DNA of 63,862 bases, filler included, from Octopus bimaculoides (taxonomy: Eukaryota), in NCBI RefSeq assembly GCF_001194135.2. It is 7 parts of 6 records of this genome, joined end to end, with 100 filler letters (N's around TTAATTAATTAA, not from the genome) between each part and the next. Parts side by side here need not be neighbours in the genome. Positions count along the whole stretch, not along the records: positions 1 to 8,339 come from NC_069005.1; positions 8,440 to 21,572 come from NC_068981.1; 5 more parts are not named here. One strand, 5' to 3'. Positions 1-11,711 of this stretch are shown here, one piece after another (the stretch's first letter is position 1; each line of letters starts with the position of its first letter). The notes beneath the pieces were generated by a model. The model searched no databases and had not been told where the DNA came from. It saw nothing but the letters and a program-made list of their open reading frames with translations. A program made the translations under genes and the position numbers.

Positions 1-205
1 GCCGGGTGGAATGCTTAGCGATATTTTGTCTGCCGTTACGTTCTGAGTTCAAATTCCACCAAGGTTGACTTTGCCTTTCATCCTTTCGGGGTCGATAAAT
101 TAAGTACCAGTTATGCACTGGGGTCAATGTAACCGACTTAATCCCTTTGTCTGTCCTTGTTTGTCCCCTCTATGCTTAGCCCCTTGTGGGCAGTAAAGAA
201 ATAAG
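1..205 (+). mobile_element. tRNA-derived SINE (Octopus-type), starts mid-element
   Basis: gttctgagttcaaattcc B-box-like motif followed by the body gactttgcctttcatcctttcggggtcgataaattaagtaccag, which recurs many times in the window. Confidence 0.8.
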
Positions 206-499
206 AAACTTCTTAAAAGGCCTGTTGCATGCGCATATATGTGTTAGTGTGTTTGCTTGCTTGTGTGTGTGTGTGTATGTTTGTGTGTGTGTTTGCTTGC
301 TTCCGTGTGTGTGTGTGCATGAGTGTATGTTTGTGTCTTCCCCTTGCTTTGGTGTCTGCATGCTGATCAACAACAAAACCATCACTGTTCATACAAAATG
401 GTGTTGTTTGCTTGCAATTTGCAATCTTTCTTGAAATCATGTCCTGCCATTGAGTTGTTTCGTTGTTTGAGGGAGTAGAAGAAATCACCAACATTGACA

Positions 500-682
500 T
501 TTAACATCCGTTTTCCATGCTGGCATGGGTTGGATGGCTTGACAGGAACTGGCAAGACCAGGACTACACTAGGTTCCATAGTCTGTTTTGGCTTGGTTTC
601 TATGGTTAGATGCCCCTCGTAATGCCAACCACTTTACAGAGTGCATTGGTGCTTTTTACTACCAATGCCTTTTACGTGGCAC
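500..682 (-). mobile_element. RTE-type LINE 3' tail fragment (or SINE sharing it)
   Basis: Reverse complement resembles the 3' end of the RTE element at about 63360-63515 (gtggttggc...caacccatgc.agcatggaaa). Confidence 0.7.
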
Positions 683-1094
683 TTTGGTTTTAGGATCTCA
701 ATTCTGTTGTGGTGGACAGTTCCTCTTGGATGTCTCCCATATATATGTAATTCAAAATATAAACAATAATAAACCATAAAATAAATTTTTATTTTTCAAA
801 ATGAAACAAAACTAACTGCGCATAAGATAGAAAATAATGTTTATTTTTCTATACTTCTGCGTTATTTATACTTGAAAAGTTTTCTCCTACTTTTTTTAAT
901 TGCAAAGTCTTTGATCAGGTCCTCTTATGACACCACAAACACTTGGAAATTATATTTCCAATCATATAGATGACTTTGAATATTATTTTAGGAAGTTTAA
1001 AGTGATTTCTTTTGTAGTGTAAACCATTTACCATTTCTTTGGTGCTTCCCCTCCACTTCCATCGATGCCCTGAACATGTGGTTGTTTTGCTTAA

Positions 1095-1315
1095 CCCTTA
1101 TGTTACCATATTTCTGTTAAACTGCTCTGCATTCATTTCAACTAATTTTGAAAATAACAAAGAATTTATTAAAATATCTTTGTCATTACTAAGTTGATGA
1201 TCGGAACATAAATTAACATGAAATTTAAAATGAGAATTTTAATTTAGATCACTTTATGCTTGAAGTTTGTATCATAGAAGCTGGGGTAATCTTAGGCAGG
1301 TTGATATCCAAAGGG
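1095..1315. mobile_element. Probable piggyBac-type MITE
   Basis: Bounded by TTAA-CCCTT (1091) and AAGGG-TTAA (1316-1319). Imperfect TIRs, no coding capacity. Confidence 0.5.
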
Positions 1316-1628
1316 TTAATGGTTAATCCGGTGCTGTTCTTGCACAACAAGGGTTAAAATGATGATGTGAGCACACATGAAAGTGAAGTTAGACATCGCT
1401 GAAGGTGGGGATCAAATTCAGCTAAAATTACCATAACTGAAATTAAGGTCGAACTTACCAAATGTGAGTTTGGACATAGATGAAACTGGCATGAGCTGTT
1501 ACCATAATGTGAAATAATTATTACTGAAAAGTGAGATATATCAAAGGAATATAGCCAGAAACATCACATCTTGTTTTACCTTGTTGATTTCTTGTCTGAA
1601 TTTCTGTTTTTCTCCTTTTCCATTGCAG

Positions 1629-1719
1629 CTTTCTCCATAGACACGATGAAGCTTTCTCCACTGAACCTTTAAAGAATTCAGGGAAAGAACTTCCTCTCAG
1701 CTTTTACCATGTTCAAAAT
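1629..1719 (+). CDS. unc-104: Internal exon of kinesin-3 motor unc-104/KIF1A (stalk region)
   Basis: Polypyrimidine acceptor ttttccattgcAG (1627-1628) and donor GTAAGC (1720). Translates (N)[30 protein letters not shown], matching the conserved KIF1A/KIF1B/UNC-104 motif [14 protein letters not shown]...FYHVQN as I recall it. Ends in phase 0. Confidence 0.93.
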
Positions 1720-1801
1720 GTAAGCTACAGTTTTCTTTTTATGTTTCCCCTCCTACTTCTATGCACCTCTTTTGTCTCTTTTTTATCTTCTTATTAACTC
1801 C

Positions 1802-1841
<40 letters not shown>

Positions 1842-2695
1842 NNNNNNNNNNNNNNNNNNNNNNNNNNNNNNNNNNNNNNNNNNNNNNNNNNNNNNNNNNN
1901 NNNNNNNNNNNNNNNNNNNNNNNNNNNNNNNNNNNNNNNNNNNNNNNNNNNNNNNNNNNNNNNNNNNNNNNNNNNNNNNNNNNNNNNNNNNNATATATAT
2001 ATATATATATATACACATACATACATACATTTTGAGACATTGTTCTGTGTATGTGATTTCTAATTCCCTTGGTCCCCAACCACTACTCCAAGCATACAAT
2101 CAACTCTGCTTTTTCATCCATGCTGTATAAACATGTATGTATATATACATACATATACACACTTCATAAAGAGTGTTGCTGTAAGATAGAAGAAAGAAAA
2201 CAAGATGAAACAAACATAAATAATACCTTGCAAAATTGTACTCCACTATAGATTTAGGATAATACCTTCCATATGATGGTATGACTCAGAATAATTTCTT
2301 TCAGTAATTTAATCTCTAAAACATGTTAATTTTTCACCCTCCACCCTCCCCATTATACAACATTAAACATTCAGTGATTCTCTTTTCATTATTTGGCAAA
2401 TATGGTTAAATCTATACTCTTCTATACTAAATCTATACTGAAGAAGTCTTACAAGGCTGAAAGCTGTCTGGAGTTGTCTCCCATTACTTTGCCAGACTAA
2501 TTAAAATATTCTGTGCTGACCTCATCAGTGACAGACATTCTGTCCCATGTATCTCCTCTTGTCAATTAAATTATTGTTTGCCATTAATTAATGTTGTCTT
2601 TTCTTCGACACATAATTATTCCTAGTGAGTTCACTGCATTAATAATATCAACGCTGACTTAATTAATGAAACCATATTGACTTTTTCTGTTTCAG

Positions 2696-2814
2696 TTCAC
2701 CGTTACAGTAACCAAGTCTTTTATTGACTACATCAAAAGTCAACACTTGGTATTTGAAGTGTTTGGTCACTACCAACAACATCCTCTTCATGAACAAGCC
2801 AAAGAGAATTTGTT
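2696..2814 (+). CDS. unc-104: Internal exon of unc-104/KIF1A
   Basis: Acceptor tttttctgtttcAG, donor GTATGT (2815). Phase-0 start fits the previous exon. Translates [39 protein letters not shown], compared with KIF1[27 protein letters not shown]. Confidence 0.93.
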
Positions 2815-2905
2815 GTATGTATTTTTTGTTTCATTTTTGTCTGCCTCACTTTTTCTTTGTCTTTCTAATTCTATCTATGACTGCAAACTCGCCCGATACT
2901 TTATA

Positions 2906-3006
2906 CAGGGTGAGCCAAAAGTAGGTGGACAGTATTTGGAATAAGTTTATGTATCAGTTATATTATAAATGTTTTTTTACTGTCCACCTACTTTTGGCTC
3001 ACCCTG
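2906..3006. mobile_element. 101-bp Tc1/mariner-type MITE in unc-104 intron
   Basis: Perfect 29-bp TIRs CAGGGTGAGCCAAAAGTAGGTGGACAGTA (2906-2934 and 2978-3006) with TA duplication on both sides. Confidence 0.9.
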
Positions 3007-3030
3007 TATATTAATATATAGTAATAATGT

Positions 3031-3320
3031 GGAGGCGCAATGGCCCAGTGGTTAGGGCAGCGGACTTGTAGTCAGAGGATCGCAGTTTCGATTTCCAGAC
3101 CGGGCATTATGTGTGTTTATTGAGTGAAAACACCTAAAGCTCCATGAGGCTCTGGCAGGGGCTGGTGGCGACCCCTGTTGTACTCTTTTGCCCCAACTTT
3201 CTCTCACTCTTTCTTCCTGTTTCTTGAGTAAAGCTGCGATGGACTGGCGTCCTGTCCAGCTGGGAGGAACACATATGCCATAGAAACCGGGTCCATGAGC
3301 CTGGCTATGTTTTAAAAGGG
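3031..3320 (+). mobile_element. tRNA-derived SINE with V/Meta-like central domain
   Basis: A box TGGCCCAGTGG (3041-3051), B-box-like AGTTTCGATTTCC (3084-3096), motif GCGATGGACTGGCGTCCTGTCCAG (3236-3259) and a downstream AGAAACCGG. Confidence 0.65.
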
Positions 3321-3713
3321 CGCAAAGAAAGAAAGATATAGTAATAATAAACACAGAAAACATAATTGGTATTTTAAGCTTTATAAAACATACACTCATT
3401 TCAGTGAACCAATTGTCATCATTATACAAGGCAGTTGGGTATATTATATTGTGTAGTCAACCCATTTCTTCAGCATTCTCAGCAAATATTATGAAGCATA
3501 GTGGGTTGTGTGCCATGATATATTTCAGCTATGTTGCACCTGCCAGTGCACTGCTATACCATACCATACTGTACTATTCTATATTCGTTGTAGTACTCAG
3601 TCGGTTACTTTGACGAGGGTTCCAGTTGATCCAATAATTTTGAGTCCTTTATATTGAATTGAATTAAATAAATTAAACAGAATGATATCTGTTCCTTATG
3701 GCTTTATTTACAG

Positions 3714-3833
3714 GTGTTCTGGAAGCCCATTATACTCAAACATCCGACGTCCCCCACGTCGCAGTTTTCCCATGTCTCTGCCTGTATCAAAACCAGTACC
3801 ATCACCAAAATTCGGTGTCATAACTCCACCCAG
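3714..3833 (+). CDS. unc-104: Internal exon of unc-104/KIF1A (Pro-rich segment)
   Basis: tttatttacAG...cag/GTAAAA. 120-bp phase 2-2 exon that continues the frame of the previous exon: CSGSPLYSNIRRPPRRSFPMSLPVSKPVPSPKFGVITPP. Resembles the invertebrate UNC-104 segment RPPPRR..P.S.P.S.PV.SPKFG. Confidence 0.88.
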
Positions 3834-4958
3834 GTAAAAAAATAAAATAAATAATAAATAAATATGATATAATCTAAATTTAGTTTTCATTCCATGAAAA
3901 GTTATTTGTTAATTGAATAAAAAAAAAAGTTATATTAACACTCATATATTTATTAGTAAAAGAAATATTTCATTATATTATTTATCTTGTATATATTATT
4001 TGTGTTATCTTTAAAGCAATTTGTAATTGTTCTGGAATAAGTTAGTACTTTCCTTTTATTTAAACTTAATGTGTAATAATAGCGAATATCTTCGGTGTAT
4101 TCCTTATCAGAGGTATCTCTCAATGGTAATTAGTCCTTTCAGAGAAGTTCGTTATTGTTGTTGATTAGTTCCAGGTCAGACCTAATTGAGTAGATTTAGT
4201 ATCAAAGACATTCCAGTTCTGTTTTATTTTATTTTATTTTTTTTTTTGCTTTAAAGAGTATCTAGGAATATATTATTCAGTGTGTCCCTTCCTTTGCCAA
4301 GATATCTGGATGTGATTTGACTGAGGTTTTGCTGTTATTTCTAGCAGGTTAAGCAACCATGTAAAGGCTTCTTCAATGGCTTGTTTGATAAGAGGTGTAT
4401 GGCTGTTGTGATCAGTGCCTATGTGTGTTAGAAATAACAATAACCAGGTGAGAAGTTTACTCTCGGCTCAGTGACGATCCTTCTGCTCGTGAATACAGGT
4501 GCATAAACAAAACCCGAAAGTCAGTTTATGAATGGAATTTGACTGGCAATACTTGATTTTCAAGTAGATGTTTTGCAGTTTTTGGCTGAAAGAACTACCA
4601 TACACATGTATATCCCATACATGTATGTGTGTATGTGCATATGAGTGCATGCATGTGTAGCTTTGGTTCTGCTGATTTTGAAGATAATGAAAAATTTAGA
4701 GAAAATATCTTTGCTATTATTAAGCTGGTGGTTTGAAACGAATTATCATGAAATTTTAGAGCAAGGCTTAAATCAACATCTCTTTAAACTGAGAAGTTTG
4801 TTTCATAAAACCAGAGTTAATCTCAGATGGGTTCGTATTGAAATGGTTAAACTCTCAAGTTAGAATATTTAATTTTTGCATTCAATGACTGTCTAGCTTT
4901 GGGTGACAATTTAAGGGTGTCAAAAAAATGAGACAGTCTGTTCACAATCCTTGCCAAT

Positions 4959-4995
<37 letters not shown>

Positions 4996-5003
4996 CAACA
5001 ATA

Positions 5004-5219
5004 ATTGTTTCAAATTTTAGCACAAGGCCAGCAATTTGAGGGGAGGAGGTAAGTCAATTACATTGACCTCAGTACTAAACAGGTACTTATTTTGTCAACC
5101 CTGGGAGCCTGAAAAGCAAAGTTGACCTTGGAGGAATTTGAACTCAGAATGTAAAGATGGATGACATGCTGCTAAGCATTTTGCCTGGCATGCTTATGGT
5201 TCTGCCAGCCCACCGCCTT
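5004..5219 (-). mobile_element. tRNA-derived SINE within an (AAT)n tract
   Basis: Reverse-complement match to the SINE at 1-205. AAT-type repeats on both flanks. Confidence 0.8.
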
Positions 5220-5220
5220 C

Positions 5221-5257
<37 letters not shown>

Positions 5258-5299
5258 TGATGAAGATAATCATAACCCTTTTTATTGTTTTGAATAAAA

Positions 5300-5640
5300 T
5301 TTTTTTCAATATTTTGGTAACTTATTTGCTTTATCTCTCAACTTCCTTCAAAAGTAGCCTAGCATTCAAAGAAAGGCCATCATGTGACACCACCTGAAGA
5401 CACCTTTCTGCCAGTTCTTTGATCCCATGCTGATACCAGTTTTTGTCCTTCAAGTTGAAGAACTCCTTCACTGAAGCTTCTACCTCCTCTTATCTGTTGA
5501 AGCATCATGAGCACAGGAAGTGAACCATGGGCTGGAATGAGAAATTATCTCAAGAAGATATTTTCCCCACAATCTTAACATGCAAAAGCAGTAGTTAAGC
5601 AAGGGCCAGCTTCTGGAACCTGTTACCAAACATGGCCATT
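5300..5640 (-). mobile_element. Mariner transposase C-terminal remnant
   Basis: Minus-strand reading EVEASVKEFFNLKDKNWYQHGIKELAERCLQVVSHDG resembles the mariner C-terminal helix. Frameshifted. Confidence 0.6.
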
Positions 5641-5671
5641 TCGAACACTTTTGACTCGACACAATACTCTT

Positions 5672-6078
5672 GACACAAGACCTGAAATTTTAGTTGGGGT
5701 GGCTAGTTGATTACATTGACCCTAATGTTCAACTGGTACTTGTTTTATTGGCCCTGAAAGGATGAAAAGCAAAGTCAACCTCAGCAAAATTTGAACTCTG
5801 AACACAAAGACAAATGAAATACCACTAAGCATTTTGTTCCCTGCGCTAAGGATTCCGCCAATAACAATAATAATGAAGGCAGAAAGCTGGCAGAATTGTT
5901 AGCATTCCAGGCAAAATTACATCTGTCTTTATGATCTGAGTTCAAATTCTGCTGAGGTCAACTTTGACTTTCATCCTTTCAGGGTTGATAAAATAAGTAC
6001 CAGTTGAGTACTGGGGTCAATGTAATTGATCTTCCCGCTTCCCTGAAATTACAGACCTTGTGCCATATTTTGAAACTA
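5672..6078. mobile_element. Head-to-head pair of same-family SINEs (about 5672-5859 minus, 5877-6078 plus)
   Basis: Both copies carry the family core (tttcatcctttc...aagtaccag) in opposite orientations, separated by about 17 bp of AAT-rich spacer. Confidence 0.78.
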
Positions 6079-6526
6079 GTAATAATAATAATAATAATGA
6101 TGCAATAGCTACCTGCTAACTAAGGCATTTTTTGATTGGCTAAGGTCTTGTATGGAATTAGTTTACATGGTATAAACATAGAATAAGCATTTAGAAAATC
6201 TTCTTCAGTTTTAAATGTTTGTTTATTCCTTATATCATTGCACTTTAATTTTTTTTTTCTTTTTTTATCATTTCTTTTATTTGTTTTGTTTTAATTTTTT
6301 GGAACTTCTGTTTATCAATTTTTATTTTATCATTATTTCTTTTTTATTTATTTATTATTATTTATTGTTGTTGTTGTTATCGTTCTGTTATGTTTTTTAT
6401 TTTCCATTGCACCAATTCTGTAGCGCTTCAGAAGCAAACATACCACTTAATTCTCTTGTAATGGAGATAAACAAATCATTAACCAATTGGTAAGGTTGAC
6501 TTCAAGTTATCAACTACTATCTCTTT

Positions 6527-6561
<35 letters not shown>

Positions 6562-6876
6562 GGTGAATGGTTTCTTTGACTTCACTACTAACATCTCTGT
6601 TGTATTAACATCTACTCTCATTGTCTAGCTAATGTCTTGCTCTTGTCTCCTTGAAGACAGGAATAACAACATCCACCACCCATCTCTAATGATGTGAGCG
6701 TTTTATTACATGGCTTTCTGCCATTTAATCTCATTCTCTCTCTCTCTCTCTCTTACTTTCACCTCCCACTCTCTCTTTTTTCACTGCCTCGTCTTTCTCT
6801 CTCTCACTACTCACACTTCACTCCCTTAGTTATTCTACGTCACTCAATAATGTCGACAAGTATGTCCATATACATG

Positions 6877-6914
<38 letters not shown>

Positions 6915-7329
6915 AGAATGTACGAAAAAACAACAACAGACGAGGACAGGTGGTGTAAATAACAAAAGGATGTATTAATATATATATATATGATATAATA
7001 ATACACCTTTCTTACGAAGTCATAATTATTTAATAATTATAGCTGCAGGTATGGCTGTGGGGTTAAGAATCTTGCTTTGCAACCGTGTGGTTTTGGGTTC
7101 AGTTCCATTGTGCAGCACCTTGAAGATATACATACATACATTATATATATATATATATATAAAATGGACTCTCCCATTGTTAGACGACGTATGAAGGTTC
7201 GACAATTTCTTAACGAACAACCACACAGATGATTTGCTTAGAGTGATCAAATGTTTGTGTAGACATAAGCTCACTCCCTCCATCAGATCAACATTACCTG
7301 TACAGGTGCAACAGGTGCCACATATCGAA

Positions 7330-7585
7330 ATGATCACAGAGCAACATGAAATGAAGTGCTTTGCTCAAGAACACAATGCAATGCCTGGTCTGGGAATTGA
7401 ACCCACGGTGTCGCAATCATGGTTGTAGCACCTTAACCACTAAGGCAGAATCGTAAGCACACAAGGCTAAATGCTTAATGATATTTCATTCATCTTTTAC
7501 ATTCTGGGTTCAAATTCTGCAAAAGTTGACTTTGTCTATCATCCTTTCAGGGCCAATAAAATAAGTACCAGTTAAACACTGGGCT
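7330..7585. mobile_element. Two SINE fragments head-to-head (minus about 7330-7443, plus about 7444-7585)
   Basis: Minus-strand tRNA-like head (ggaattgaaccc...ccttaaccact) abuts a plus-strand copy of the family at 1-205. Confidence 0.6.
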
Positions 7586-7630
7586 NNNNNNNNNNNNNNN
7601 NNNNNNNNNNNNNNNNNNNNNNNNNNNNNN

Positions 7631-7684
<54 letters not shown>

Positions 7685-8139
7685 GCTTTAAATTTGTTTA
7701 TGGGAAATGTTTTGAATATGCAAATAAAACTCCTTGTCCATTATCCTGGCCACAGTCTAATGATGCTAACTGGTGAACCAGTTTTTGGGGCTGCATTGAG
7801 TTGTACCAATATAATGTAGGATATATAAAGAATATATATATATGATATATTACTATATTATAATATAATAATAGTAATAATAATGATAATCCAACCAACC
7901 TCCGCGTTGTCAAAAAGGATAAACATCCCTCTGGCAAACATCCACTAATGTTATATCACCTGAAGAAATGAATCCATGAAGACCATCTACCTGATGCCCA
8001 CTGATACTATGGACTATACTGTAATCATTCTAGGAATACGGACTGTGATCTTAAGAGACATGTAATCTGTGGAAATGTATGTGGTGATGCATTAAGCGTT
8101 TATATGCCATCCAAGGATTATTGTTATTATTACTATGTA

Positions 8140-8174
<35 letters not shown>

Positions 8175-8339
8175 GAGTGGCTGTGTGGTAAGTAGCTTAC
8201 TTACTAACCACATGGCTCCAGGTTCAGTCTCACTGCGTGGCACCTTGGGCAAGTGTCTTCTACTATAGTCTCGGGTTGATCAAAAGCCTTGTGAGTGGAT
8301 TTGGTAGACGGAAACTGAAAGAAGCCTGTCGTATATATA
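8175..8339 (+). mobile_element. tRNA-derived SINE, second family
   Basis: gagtggctgtgtggtaag...ggttcagtctcactgcgtggcaccttgggcaagtgtcttct. Same head at about 14178 and, inverted, at about 50770-50890. Confidence 0.75.
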
Positions 8340-8439
8340 NNNNNNNNNNNNNNNNNNNNNNNNNNNNNNNNNNNNNNNNNNNNTTAATTAATTAANNNNN
8401 NNNNNNNNNNNNNNNNNNNNNNNNNNNNNNNNNNNNNNN
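8340..8439. other. Synthetic 100-bp scaffold spacer (same at 21573-21672, 27585-27684, 45853-45952, 56819-56918, 62316-62415)
   Basis: Exactly 44 N + TTAATTAATTAA + 44 N at all six sites. The 12-mer has stops in all six frames. Confidence 0.97.
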
Positions 8440-8520
<81 letters not shown>

Positions 8521-8599
8521 ATTTATGTATGTATGTATATATGTATATGAGTGTTTTTGTACAAAATAGTGTGGCCAAAGGTGAAGGAAACTTAAAGTT

Positions 8600-9940
8600 G
8601 TATATTTGTTCAATATCGTTTTGTATGAAACTCCTTTCTTCTTATTTCCCCTTTTCCTTTGAACCTTATCCAATGCACTGGTAAGAATTGCATATTTAAA
8701 GAATTCTATTTCATAGTACAACTGGGAAAAATAGAACTCAGTGCATAAGTTCATACATAGTTTTATATTAAAGTAACAAAGGATCGAGTCTTTTATACAA
8801 ACACGCTTATTATTTTTAGAAAACTTGATAAGATCCTGAAAATGCGGAAGTGAACCATTAGGAAATGTGAAAATACACTGGGGAATATTCCAAGGAGACT
8901 TGCTCTCTCCATTCCTATCTGTCACGGCATTAATCACTCTGGCTAGTGTACTAAGGAAATCCAGCACTGCCGATGAGCTTGCGAAAACCATGGTGAAATA
9001 AATAACATATTTACCGGCTCAGTTTACTAAGAAAGCAAGGAGGTAGGAGTTTCTTAAGCAGAAGATATAATCAGTACTGTGATATTGGGTTTGAAAAAAG
9101 TATGTCACCCATAGTAAAGACAGCATATTGTCTGCGGCCAGAAATATTCAAAATGTAACAGTAAGAGAATTCACGAACAGGATGAAGAACGACATGACAA
9201 ATAGTTGGAGAGATTACATGGCCGGTTCATGCAAAAAACCAACGATGCTGCTAGAAATGAATACTGGTGGCGGCTAACAACGAGAATCTGAATTGCTAAT
9301 TACAGCTGCTCGGAAGAATCGATTACAACGAATTTGGTAAAACAAAGATTGACAAAACTCAGAGAGCAAACATAAAATCTGTGACAAAGGAACTAAAAGT
9401 ATTAATCACATCTTAAGTCAACGCAGTGAGAGCGCACATAAATCTATAAACGAAGGTATGGCTGAGTCGGTAAAGGAATGTACTAGGATGCTAGCCAAAT
9501 TTGTGGATTCAAAATGAAGGAAAGGTGATTTGAACATGAGCCAGTGGTTGTGATTTTAAATGATAATTAGAAGATTTTATGAAATATCGCCATAAAGCCT
9601 GACCATATAAATGAAGCAACAAGACCAGATTATCGCGGAGGACAAATAAACACAGTTTAAGTTCGTAGGGCTTGCAATACCATATGATATTGAGAAATTG
9701 AGAAATATCAAGCTGTAGCCAGAGAGAGGAAAAGATTGTAGAACACAAAAGTGACAATTGTTCCTGTGATCCTGGTTGTACTTCGTACAGCACAGGTCTA
9801 TCACCAAAACTTATACAGAAGAAGATGAATTATACTGAAATTGAATTATGTTTTGTCATCTACACGAAAGTGCTATTCTGTATTCTCTAAAAATCGTAAG
9901 AAAAATATTTGAGATTTAAGAAGATTTGTTGTCACCACAT
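8600..9940 (+). mobile_element. Highly decayed R4/Dong-like RLE non-LTR retrotransposon (RT to RLE)
   Basis: GIFQGDLLSP (RT motif 4, about 8880-8910), LHGRF...ESELLITAA, degenerate zinc knuckle KICDKGTKSINHILSQ, ATRPD and IVPVI endonuclease remnants. Many stops and frameshifts. Confidence 0.7.
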
Positions 9941-9979
9941 TCGGACCATTCAAGAACAGAATAGAATATTATATAGGTT

Positions 9980-10400
9980 GAAAGAATTGAAATTACATGG
10001 TCAATACATGTAACAAACTGAGGATGTTGCAAGTAAAGAACGCTGGCTCTGACTGACAGACGGAAACATGAAACGACGGACTGGAACATTAATTATGGCT
10101 ACTTAGGAACAAACCGTTATGACACATCTGATAAAGCAACTATCGAAAAAACTCAACCAGACAGATGTAGGATCTGCAGGAAAGGAAACAATGGCATCAA
10201 CCATTTCTTGAGTGAATGTAGTTAGCTAGCACAAAATATCATAAGCGCAAACATGGCTGCGCAGATAACAAGGCAAAAAGGTGCAGAAGTGTGTGGCTCC
10301 GGACTAACAAAGTGGCTGTGACAGAGAATAATAATTACAGTGTCTTGTGCGGCATTCTCATGAAGACCGACTATACTATTGAAGCAAAAACAAAAAAGTA
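9980..10400 (+). mobile_element. Second decayed R4/Dong-like fragment
   Basis: KLHGQY...RWL motif and CCHC knuckle CRICRKGNNGINHFLSEC. Confidence 0.65.
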
Positions 10401-10429
10401 AATGGTGAAACCGTATGGCATATTACCAG

Positions 10430-11047
10430 TCAATATAGGCCACTAGCCCAGGAAGAATATAAGAGACGTCATCACAATATAGCAAGGATTGTGCATTGGA
10501 CATTTAGCAACAAGTATGGACATGACAGAGCAAAAAAGTGGTACGAACATAAACCCGAAGGCATCATCGAAAATGATAATGCAAAGACCCTATGGGATTT
10601 TATGATTCAGTGCGACCATGAGATAGAGAATAGGAAACCAGACATAGTGTTAATTGAAAAAGAAAGAAATTGATGCTGGATCATAGATATAGCACGCCCT
10701 GCTAATAACAAGGTATGCGATAAGGAAGAAACAAAAATCAATAGATATATAACAGGTTAGCTTGGGAGGCTAAGCAGTTGTGGTCGATGAAAAAGGTGGT
10801 AGTAGTACCAATAATTGTCGGAGCCCTTTGAACATTGAGTAAAAATCTTGAGAAGTACATGAAACAAATATGGGCTGAAATAAGGGTGGAGAACTTGCAG
10901 AAAACAGCATTGCTTGGAACTGCTCGAGTACTCCGGATGGTGCTCGAAAAATAAGGGGTGTTACCTTAGTTCACTTGTAGTGAACAGCTGGCACCGTAGT
11001 ACATCTCCACCGATAGAAGTTATGCAAAGACAATAAATAATAATAAT
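10430..11047 (+). mobile_element. 5'-truncated R4/Dong-like LINE, RLE 3' end with (TAA)n
   Basis: YKRRHHNIARIVHW...KWYEHKPE...LWDF...RKPDIVLI...WIIDIA...VVVVPIIVGAL...LQKTALLGTARVLRMVLEK* (stop 10952-10954), short 3' UTR, then TAA repeats. Confidence 0.85.
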
Positions 11048-11050
11048 GAT

Positions 11051-11711
<661 letters not shown>

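Noticed and set aside
3031-3100. tRNA gene
   Set aside because: The A/B boxes belong to a SINE head that continues into a SINE body, with no complete acceptor stem. The same applies to the other SINE heads.
3834-8339. Next unc-104 exon (expected ...DLLVWFEICEL...)
   Set aside because: Scanned by eye and not found. It probably lies in a gap, beyond the spacer or outside the window.
8600-8991. Minus-strand ORF MVFASSSAVLDFLSTLARV... as a host gene
   Set aside because: It is the antisense of a decayed RT (GIFQGDLLSP on the plus strand).
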